DNA of 64,000 bases, taken from sequence record SRR2962707_578, one strand, 5' to 3'. The translations under genes were made by a program, and so were the position numbers. Shown one piece after another: positions 56,424-64,000 of the stretch. The notes beneath the pieces are model-generated. The model was not told the DNA's origin. It did not search any database and saw only the letters and a list, made by a program, of their open reading frames with translations. Numbering within the stretch: position 1 is the stretch's first letter; every line of letters begins with the position of its first letter.

Positions 56424-58063
56424 CAACCTTTTCGCTCTTGGGAGGTTCCCAAACTTCGCCTATCGAAAACCGGGAACGCAAGATCATCGAAGTGGATGAT
56501 CCCGAGCTGAATGTTTGCCTCTACGTAATGGACGCCGGCACCAAGCAGGACGCGTTACCCTACGTGGCTTATTCCCCGGTTGATCCCTCCTCCTCGCCCG
56601 GGGAAAACGCCGCACTGTGCTTGCGGGCATTGGCGCCGGAAGAGAGTGCGACCATCGAATTCGACCTACTGGGAGAGGACCGATCACCTGAACTGGACGA
56701 GTCCATGGACCGTGCGGAAATCCATTGGCGGGTCGTGGATACGGACGATGACGGCATCATCGGTGAGGGCGACTTCGCCGCAGGTTTGGCGTCATTGGAT
56801 CTGTCCTTGAAACAAGGAGGCGAAGTGTCTCCGGAACGAATATTTGAGGTGCAGATCGGCCCCGCGGGCGCGGAACCCTTTGAAGTTGTACAGAGTGCGC
56901 AAGTGCACTTGTTGCGGGACCGGTTATCCTGGTGGTTCGAACCGTGCTCAATTGATTTCGGGTGGCGTCCGTCACAACCGGAGATGCGCAAGGATACAGG
57001 AGAGTACCGGCACCCTCAGAGAACTGCCTATACCCGCGAAGCATTGCAGTCCATCTATGCGTTCCTTGCCATGGAAGACAAAGGAATATTCCCGAAAGGC
57101 TCCTGGTTGAAACCTTCAGTGACCTGCTTCGGGGAATTCAATGAGAAGCTCAAAGAAGCACACGGTGCTGATCTCATGGACCTCAACACTGTCGAGCGCC
57201 TTGATTTGACCAGTGTCGTTTCTTTGAATTCTCAGAATGAGAGAATTAATGCTCTCGGATACACGCTGACGAAACAAAGCGCTTACCACAACCTGGACCC
57301 CAATCCCGCATTTAAAGTGAGGGCTAAGAGAGAAAGGGTGAACTGGGTCATGGAGGCGGTGGAGAACATCGGTGATACGAGACTGCCTCTGGCGGTGCTG
57401 TTGGCCAAATGGCAGACGGAAGGGTCACTGAAGGTCAATGGGAGTGACAGTATTGTCGAGCAATACAGCAGCGAATGGCTTCGCGACCCTGAAAGCGGCT
57501 TCGATCCCAAAGGCGGTTGGAGTTCGTCGACGGGAGCAAAGCTGTATTACGCCTACGCAACAGCGTGGTCGGGGCTGGGTGCGGATTTTTTGACTACGCA
57601 TATAAAAGGGGAAAACGACAATCGTTTGATTCTCAACGATTTCGATAACTCCTATCAGCACTTTATTTCCCAGGCCGACCGGTTTGGGGGGCGTGGGTTT
57701 GGTGCATCGATACTGGGTGATCTCGATGTCACCTTAGCGGAGAAGTCCTGGGGTAGCTATTATATGGTGACCGGGAACGCCGCTTTTTTCACCAAAATGC
57801 TGGAGATGGCGGGCAGATTCTTTCTGTCTGAGTGGAAAGAGTATGGTGCCGATATCACCTATATGGCTTACAACGTCGGCGGATCGACATACGGCAAGGT
57901 GCTCAATGCTTACAACTCGGGAAAATACCTTGAGCGAACCCGGCTGAGCTTCGTTGACTGGGTGATGCACTATGAAATTCGAGACAATGAATGGAAGAAG
58001 CCTAGGCGAAACGCTCTGCGATTTCATTTCTACCGCAAGGTATTTGAAGGGGAGAACATCTGA
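56420..58063 (+). CDS. Putative T6SS cargo effector, candidate lysozyme/transglycosylase-like peptidoglycan hydrolase
   Basis: ATGA-coupled to vgrG, no signal peptide, lower GC; LLAKWQTEGS and YMAYNVG motifs. Confidence 0.62.
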   Translation: MTTFSLLGGSQTSPIENRERKIIEVDDPELNVCLYVMDAGTKQDALPYVAYSPVDPSSSPGENAALCLRALAPEESATIEFDLLGEDRSPELDESMDRAEIHWRVVDTDDDGIIGEGDFAAGLASLDLSLKQGGEVSPERIFEVQIGPAGAEPFEVVQSAQVHLLRDRLSWWFEPCSIDFGWRPSQPEMRKDTGEYRHPQRTAYTREALQSIYAFLAMEDKGIFPKGSWLKPSVTCFGEFNEKLKEAHGADLMDLNTVERLDLTSVVSLNSQNERINALGYTLTKQSAYHNLDPNPAFKVRAKRERVNWVMEAVENIGDTRLPLAVLLAKWQTEGSLKVNGSDSIVEQYSSEWLRDPESGFDPKGGWSSSTGAKLYYAYATAWSGLGADFLTTHIKGENDNRLILNDFDNSYQHFISQADRFGGRGFGASILGDLDVTLAEKSWGSYYMVTGNAAFFTKMLEMAGRFFLSEWKEYGADITYMAYNVGGSTYGKVLNAYNSGKYLERTRLSFVDWVMHYEIRDNEWKKPRRNALRFHFYRKVFEGENI

Positions 58064-58818
58064 TGGCTTCGCTGATAAGGTCGAATCCGTTCGTCGCCAC
58101 CGCAGGCCTGTTGATATTCTCGCTTTCCAGCCCGGCACATAGCCAATGTCCTCTCCTTGGAGAGGCCCGCCAGTTTGAGCCGACCCTCTCAGCGCCCCCG
58201 TGGGAAGAGCCGGTAGCAAAAGCGGATTTACCTTGGTTCAAAGCGCATGCCTCTGAAACCCGAATTATCAGCGGCACCTCCGAAACCGGCGGCAAGGAAG
58301 TCACCATTGAGTATCAAGGCGGGCACTTGCTGCTTGATGAAGGCCCTCCCTCCTATCAGGTCCAGGTTCAATCCATTGCGGGGCCTTTGCTATTCAGCCG
58401 GGACTCTGATGGTCGCAGCCGGGTCCGAATTCGCAATGTGGAGCGGCTGGTCAGTCACGACGATGGCTCCTTGTCACTGGATCGCCTGGCCGAAGTGAGC
58501 ACACCGGAATGGTCGGAGTGTGGATTTGTCCTTGATGGCAACGAGAACCCGACGGAACGAGTTGGCATCATACTGCCGGACCTCCACCTTCTGACGGATG
58601 GGGATCGCTCTCAATACAGCCTGCTTATCCGGGAGAAGGAGGCAGCAACTCGTCTGCCCGTTCCTTTTGAGCAATGGAGAAACGTGCCGGTGCAGCAGTT
58701 GGAAGAGCACGCCATTGTGTTCATGGCTCCGGAGAACCTGGATAGAAGCAGGGTGCGGGTGGTTTGGCTCCACCTGGACAGCAAGGGAACAATTGAGTCG
58801 CGGGCAAGCGGACAATGA
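58063..58818 (+). CDS. Exported protein, putative immunity protein for the upstream effector
   Basis: Sec-type signal peptide (…AGLLIFSLSSPAHS), TGATG overlap with the effector stop. Confidence 0.6.
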   Translation: MASLIRSNPFVATAGLLIFSLSSPAHSQCPLLGEARQFEPTLSAPPWEEPVAKADLPWFKAHASETRIISGTSETGGKEVTIEYQGGHLLLDEGPPSYQVQVQSIAGPLLFSRDSDGRSRVRIRNVERLVSHDDGSLSLDRLAEVSTPEWSECGFVLDGNENPTERVGIILPDLHLLTDGDRSQYSLLIREKEAATRLPVPFEQWRNVPVQQLEEHAIVFMAPENLDRSRVRVVWLHLDSKGTIESRASGQ

Positions 58819-59810
58819 GAAGGGCAGGGAGCCCGGCCCAGCCGGGAAGACGAAATCATGACGGAGTAGCTTCGTTATTGACGCGGGCGGCCCAATCGAG
58901 TGCCGGCGCCTATCTACTGGTTGACCCCTTTCTGGCCACGTGGCGCCAGGCCCGGGATCGCTTGCAGGTGCCGGCTTCTACCGACGTAACCATGGTGAAA
59001 GTCGGCTATGCCGGGATCACCGACGAACAATGCCCCCGTCTGATTCGCTGGAAAAGCACCGATAAAACCTGGTTGCGGCACACGGTGATGCTCGCCGATG
59101 AAGAGCAAGCCGATGGCGGCCAGGAATCCGTAAAGGGTTTGATGATATCCGGCTGGCTTTTTTCCGATGAGGCACCCGCCACCATCGCCCACCATCTTGC
59201 CCGGATTTCCACGCTGCGCCATCCGAAAGCGGGCCGGTGTTATCTGCGATGGGCGGATCGACGGGTATTGGAGTGGATGTGGCCCAGTTTTTCCTCCTGT
59301 CAGCGTCGCCGATTGCTGGGCCCGATCAAGGCCTGGTACACCCTGAACCGCCGGGGAGGCCTGATTGAGTATCAGACGCCCAAAAAGGAACGAGAACCTG
59401 AAGAACACTTTTTGCCCCCTTTGATGACGATGGAACAATGGAGGAGGGCGGAGCAGGGGCAGTTGGTGCAGACGTTGTTGAGGGGCTGGGCTGTCGGTAA
59501 CACCGAAGCCTTGCCTGAGGACTATTTGCTCCAAGCCGGCAATGCTATCCAAGGTGCCCTGACATTGGGCCTGAGCCGCCAACGGGACGTTCTGTTGCTC
59601 GCGGGATACACTCTGCAAGTACACCCTCGGCTGGCGGAACATCCCAGTGTCATCGAAGTGGTACAGCGGTCCCGCAAAACGGGCGTCCCTCTGCAGGCAG
59701 CCCTGCAGGAAATTGAGGACCCTTCCGGTTGGGAACGTATCCGCAAGGAACTTAGTGAACACGCTCCCAGGCAGGGAGCAGCGATTGACAGAAGGGAATC
59801 TGCAACATGA
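58815..59810 (+). CDS. DUF4123 T6SS effector chaperone (Tap/Tec-like)
   Basis: YLLVDP, PRL, GWLFS...IAHHL, YLRWADRRVL...LLGP...W; lies between the vgrG module and the effector; start may be further downstream. Confidence 0.82.
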   Translation: MRRAGSPAQPGRRNHDGVASLLTRAAQSSAGAYLLVDPFLATWRQARDRLQVPASTDVTMVKVGYAGITDEQCPRLIRWKSTDKTWLRHTVMLADEEQADGGQESVKGLMISGWLFSDEAPATIAHHLARISTLRHPKAGRCYLRWADRRVLEWMWPSFSSCQRRRLLGPIKAWYTLNRRGGLIEYQTPKKEREPEEHFLPPLMTMEQWRRAEQGQLVQTLLRGWAVGNTEALPEDYLLQAGNAIQGALTLGLSRQRDVLLLAGYTLQVHPRLAEHPSVIEVVQRSRKTGVPLQAALQEIEDPSGWERIRKELSEHAPRQGAAIDRRESAT

Positions 59811-62800
59811 CCACATCCCCCTCCGTTTTAGGCACGTACACTCAAAAAGCCATTGCCATAGCCGCGGGAAGCGGTGAAAGCGAGGCTCAGGGCTGCCCTT
59901 CCTGCGTCAAGGCGGGGCTTCCCGTGTTGCTGACAAGGCCCGGCCTGGCCGACAAGCAATATGCTCTGCAAAAGCGCCGAGCGGTGGCGCCTCTTCTACC
60001 TGGGGTGGCGGACCCTGCCTTGCGTCATGCTGGCTATGTGATGCGTACATTGCGCAAGGGCTACCTGTTTGCCTACTACGAGGAACCCCATACTCCGCAG
60101 ATCACGCAGCAGCAAGGCTGGCAGGCCTTTCGGGTGGATGATGGTGGTTCCATGTCGCCCCATGCCATTGACGATTTGCCGTTGGACGGCCAGGAACAGG
60201 ACACGACGTTCAGTTGCGAGCGGGTGGCCGGTTACGCATCGGCCATGCTGTTCGTCATCCCGGATGCCAAGAACACCGGCAAGGTCTGGGTCGGTTTCAG
60301 TGATCACCCATGGAGTGAGAAGGTTCTCGAAAGCTATGCCGGGAGCGAGTCCCTGCGTCAGGAAAGAATGGTATGCATTAACGCCCGGGAGGCCAGCTGC
60401 GAGCGAGCTGTGCCGCTTACCACCACCAATCTTGAATCCACGGTGGCGGATTATGACCCGGAGCGTCCCTTCGAAGCGTTGCGCGGCTCCCCCTTTCCTC
60501 CCTTGGTGCCGTCGGGCGGCTTCCTCGGTATCGGAAGAACACTGCCGTTCCTGGAGTCCATCCAGTTACCCGTGCGGGAAGAACGGGCGTCTGACGTCCT
60601 CGAACAAGCCAGAGTGATCCTTGGCCGGGATGGCAATCAGTTCAGCCCCGCCGACGTAAAAATTGTCAGTCTGCCGGATCCGGTGGGCGTCACGTTCGAG
60701 GCGGCCCAGCGCCGGATCACACTGTGCAACACCGCGGCGGAATGGGTAAATCAGCAGGCCAACGGCGATACCGGAAAAGCGCACTGGATGCTGACCTCGG
60801 CAATGAGCGTCGAGGGGCTTCTCATTGAGCTGGACCGCTCTGCGGAGAGTCGGAAGGCGGGCTTCAATACCCAATATCCGGAATTCAATGCGCAGAGGGA
60901 AGGCCGCGGCCCTGGCATAAGAATGACCCATGAGGAATTCCGGCGGAAGCAAGAATCCGGCGAGCTTCCTCCAGAAGCCACGTTCGACCTGGTGGTGCCT
61001 TACACGGGCATGTCCAGCCAGGAACTGGAGGATTACCGGAACAACATCAGCACGGTACGCCTCCCCACCAACAGCAGCATCGACCGTGAAACGGAAAGGC
61101 TCAAAAAGAATGTGCTCGACAAGCTGGAACCCGGGAATGGGGGGCAGCTCAAGTACAAGGAATTTCTCACCGCTTTCAACGACAAGGTGAAGGAGGACCA
61201 GCTCAGATTGGCGGAGCTGGAAGCCGACTATTTCGCCTGGCTGGATTGCACCGCCCGGAAGCAGGTGACTGCGAATGACTTCGACGAGGAATGCATCGTC
61301 GATGGCGTCTTTTATTGCGATTGCGTCAGCAAACTGACCTTTGCCGGGCACCTTACTGATAATGGCCTGGAATGGTACAAGAACTTTCTTACCGACGATC
61401 CGGAGGACAAGGAAAATCTGTTATTGAGGGCGTTGCTGGGCAACCAGAAAAGCGCCTTTGAGGAGTGGGTGGCGAAGAAAAAAGGCCCCTACGGACAGCT
61501 CAAGTCCATCATTGGCGAAGTGGAAAAGGCGCTAAAAGATGACCCGGAGGCGCTCGGCCCGCAAAGCCGGACCATTGCCCGATGGTTGCCGCACTTGAAA
61601 ATTGGACTCACCGCCATGGTCAGCCCGGTGTTGACCGTCACCGGTGCCGTGGCCACGGGCTTAGCCAAACGGGATGAAATCACCGCCGCCTTCCGCGAGC
61701 AGTTGCGTAACCTGTCCGGAGTAATAGCCGCACGCAGCAGCGGCAACCAACTGCCAGCGCTGCTGAAAGTACAGATGTCATTGAGCGATGCCACGCGGTT
61801 CTGGAATCGGCAAATGGGTACTCTGCAAGGCGCCATGCGCACCTTTGCGGGCCAGGTGCGGGGCGACAAGGTACAAAGCCTGGTGCTGGGTGGCGCCATT
61901 GCCCTGGAGGCCCGTGGTGCCAGCGCAATGAGCGATGCTCTGGTGGATGTGTATCTGTGGGCCAGTGACGTGCCGGATGCGGTGGGTGATGCCCTGGACG
62001 GTGCCATGGACCTGCCATCCCGGGCGGCTTCCGGCGCCAGCGCCGGCGCGGCTGCCATGGCCCGAGCCGGCAACTATATCCTGAGACCGGCGGCGGCCAA
62101 CTTGAACCAGGCCTGGCAGGGTGCCGCCCGCCTGGTGACCCGAACCCAACTTGATCGTCTGGCCCGCAATAGCGTGACTCTGGCCAGCAATGGCAGTGCC
62201 CTGCTGGCAGTGGGCTCCGGTGTGTTCTCCTCTCTGGCCCTGCTCGATGCCTGGGACAAATTCAAACATGGCAGTGCTGAGGAACGGCAGCAGGCTGGCA
62301 CCAGCTTGCTGACTTCGGGATTGGGGCTTTCCGGTGCCTTTCTGGCTCTTGGCGCGGAGATGGCGGAGCAGGCCGCTAAGGAGGCTCTGAAGGCAAGCCT
62401 TAAAAAGGCAGCGGGGATAGTGGGGGCTGCTGCAGCACTTATAGATGGGGCTGCTTCTGTCGTGGGTGCTTTTGAGTCATCTGATCAAGGAGACTCGGAT
62501 GTAGCTGCGGCGAAGTTTATTCAAGGAGTGTTCTTGATTGGTGCGGGTGTGGCGGGTATGGCCGCTGCTTTTGGACTAGGTAAAGTGGCTCTTCTTGGGC
62601 TATCTGTAACAGGATGGGGCTTAGTTCTCGTCGCCCTTGGTATTATCGCAGGATTTTTTGTTGCTGCTTTGCAGGATACCCCTACCGAAGAGTGGGCAGC
62701 CCGAAGTTTATGGGGAAAAGCCAAGGACAAGTGGGGAAGCTTTGAGCGCGAACAGGGACAATTAAATACTTTGATGTTGGGTATCCAGGTGGATTTTGAT

Positions 62801-63280
62801 TTTCGCAGCCGCTTCACCAACATGAGTAACTACGGCCGCTCCCTGGCTCATCAGGTCAACCCACTCAATATGGTTCGCGATGCGGGCAAACTGATTCGAG
62901 GTGAACGGCCCGGCCCACAGATGATGCGCGAGGCCTGGGCCCGCATCGTCACCCCGCAAGCGCTGGAGAACCATCTATGCTGGCTGGTGCGGGTTATTGC
63001 CCGGCGCAAGGACGGTAAGGATGCGCTGGTGGCAAACTACAGCCATCGTCCCGGTGATGTCGTCTTGGTGGCGGCCCGGCGGGACACCTACGAGAACGAC
63101 ATGGAGAGCGTAAACCCAGATCAGGATGACAGTAAGCGGGAAGACGATTTCTGGACTGTGGAGCTTTCCGCCCAGTTGGATATTGAGGTCTACGAGGAGG
63201 CATGGGCCGAGGTATTGATCTACGGGGACCCAACGGCTTCAGAAGCTCCATTGGTCAACCACACACTGAGAGAGGAATAG
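59807..63280 (+). CDS. MIX-domain T6SS effector (BTH_I2691/VasX-like), probable membrane-disrupting toxin
   Basis: N-terminal CxxC..GLPVLLTR, YVMRTLRKGYLFAY (MIX-like), DPVGV, Gly/Ala-rich TM helices near the C-terminus (GWGLVLVALG...DTPTEEWA). Confidence 0.85.
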   Translation: MTTSPSVLGTYTQKAIAIAAGSGESEAQGCPSCVKAGLPVLLTRPGLADKQYALQKRRAVAPLLPGVADPALRHAGYVMRTLRKGYLFAYYEEPHTPQITQQQGWQAFRVDDGGSMSPHAIDDLPLDGQEQDTTFSCERVAGYASAMLFVIPDAKNTGKVWVGFSDHPWSEKVLESYAGSESLRQERMVCINAREASCERAVPLTTTNLESTVADYDPERPFEALRGSPFPPLVPSGGFLGIGRTLPFLESIQLPVREERASDVLEQARVILGRDGNQFSPADVKIVSLPDPVGVTFEAAQRRITLCNTAAEWVNQQANGDTGKAHWMLTSAMSVEGLLIELDRSAESRKAGFNTQYPEFNAQREGRGPGIRMTHEEFRRKQESGELPPEATFDLVVPYTGMSSQELEDYRNNISTVRLPTNSSIDRETERLKKNVLDKLEPGNGGQLKYKEFLTAFNDKVKEDQLRLAELEADYFAWLDCTARKQVTANDFDEECIVDGVFYCDCVSKLTFAGHLTDNGLEWYKNFLTDDPEDKENLLLRALLGNQKSAFEEWVAKKKGPYGQLKSIIGEVEKALKDDPEALGPQSRTIARWLPHLKIGLTAMVSPVLTVTGAVATGLAKRDEITAAFREQLRNLSGVIAARSSGNQLPALLKVQMSLSDATRFWNRQMGTLQGAMRTFAGQVRGDKVQSLVLGGAIALEARGASAMSDALVDVYLWASDVPDAVGDALDGAMDLPSRAASGASAGAAAMARAGNYILRPAAANLNQAWQGAARLVTRTQLDRLARNSVTLASNGSALLAVGSGVFSSLALLDAWDKFKHGSAEERQQAGTSLLTSGLGLSGAFLALGAEMAEQAAKEALKASLKKAAGIVGAAAALIDGAASVVGAFESSDQGDSDVAAAKFIQGVFLIGAGVAGMAAAFGLGKVALLGLSVTGWGLVLVALGIIAGFFVAALQDTPTEEWAARSLWGKAKDKWGSFEREQGQLNTLMLGIQVDFDFRSRFTNMSNYGRSLAHQVNPLNMVRDAGKLIRGERPGPQMMREAWARIVTPQALENHLCWLVRVIARRKDGKDALVANYSHRPGDVVLVAARRDTYENDMESVNPDQDDSKREDDFWTVELSAQLDIEVYEEAWAEVLIYGDPTASEAPLVNHTLREE

Positions 63281-63288
63281 CTGATTCC

Positions 63289-64000
63289 ATGCCGGTAGAC
63301 GATAAAGAACGTGGCATTCTGATTCCGGAATGGCGGAAAAAAGAGCCGGAGCTGACGTTTACGGAATCTCAACGTAAGCGGAATATCTATGCACGCAAGG
63401 CCCCGCTGAGGGTAATGCCCAATGATAAGAAACAATCCGTCCACTTGAAACCGGTCAGCTATAGAACGGTATTGCGGGTCCTGCCTGAGGCGATTGAAGT
63501 GGGAACCTCCATGGGGGAAGGCGTAGCCAAGTACCTAGGAGTCGGCGGCTTTCTGGTAATACTAGTGGCATTATTTATGGTTATCTATCCATGGTTCCGC
63601 AATGAGGAAGGTTTTCTATTGTATGGTTCTCTTTTTTTTGGAGTTATATTTCTTCTGATTGGGATAACGTTTGTCCGCCGAGCGTTTTTCAGTCCCTCCG
63701 ATCATCCGACCTTATTCAATCGCAAGACCCGGCAGGTACATGTTATCCCGCTGAAGCCACTTAACTTCTTGAAATTTTGGGAAAAAGGCAAGCCTGGTAA
63801 GATGAAAACCTACTCCTGGGACAACGTTACCGCCCGCACCTACCGGCGTCTGGATGTGCCGGGTGGCACGGTGGCGCGCACGGAGACGGCCATGGAATTA
63901 CTTTGCATGACCGAAGAAAACCCGAAAGTGGTGGATGAGATGGTTAGTCTGGGCATGACTGGGACCTGGAGTGACAATAATCAGGTGGCACTGTGGGAGC
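63289..64000 (+). CDS. DUF6708-like two-TM protein, putative immunity protein, truncated at the window end
   Basis: Read manually: MPVDDKERG... open to 64000; two TM helices followed by HPTLFNRKTRQVHVIP; absent from the ORF track because no stop is in view. Confidence 0.75.
   Translation, partial: MPVDDKERGILIPEWRKKEPELTFTESQRKRNIYARKAPLRVMPNDKKQSVHLKPVSYRTVLRVLPEAIEVGTSMGEGVAKYLGVGGFLVILVALFMVIYPWFRNEEGFLLYGSLFFGVIFLLIGITFVRRAFFSPSDHPTLFNRKTRQVHVIPLKPLNFLKFWEKGKPGKMKTYSWDNVTARTYRRLDVPGGTVARTETAMELLCMTEENPKVVDEMVSLGMTGTWSDNNQVALWE

Noticed and set aside
1-64000. CRISPR array, IS/integrase, prophage, tRNA/rRNA
   Set aside because: No spaced direct repeats, recombinase/transposase motifs or RNA gene signatures seen; the phage-tail-like genes are T6SS components.

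Overview
GC-rich proteobacterial chromosome segment in two halves. The host looks like a marine gammaproteobacterium such as Alcanivorax/Alloalcanivorax, but this is an impression only. Left half (1-28.2 kb) is catabolic. It holds an aerobic benzoyl-CoA (box) cluster: benzoate-CoA ligase, alpha/beta hydrolase, boxC-boxB-boxA and a Liv-type ABC importer, with BoxR-like operators but no boxR/boxD in view. It also holds a single-chain acyl-CoA carboxylase + CoA ligase + TetR module, an AraC/TauD/hydratase module, a FadD-like ligase, an AraC-amidase pair, an MFS transporter and a pirin. Right half (28.2-64 kb) is a complete type VI secretion system of the Burkholderia T6SS-1/Acinetobacter-like layout (tssA-M, tagF, tagN, tagX, TPR lipoprotein, TagY-like and TsmK-like genes). 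It carries three apparent effector-immunity pairs: a PAAR-HEXXH metallopeptidase fusion with a lipoprotein, an unrecognised 547-aa protein with lysozyme/SLT-like motifs followed by an exported protein, and a DUF4123-chaperoned MIX/BTH_I2691-type membrane toxin with a DUF6708-like protein truncated at the window edge. No rRNA, tRNA, CRISPR array or IS element was seen. All family calls come from motif recognition by eye, not from database searches.
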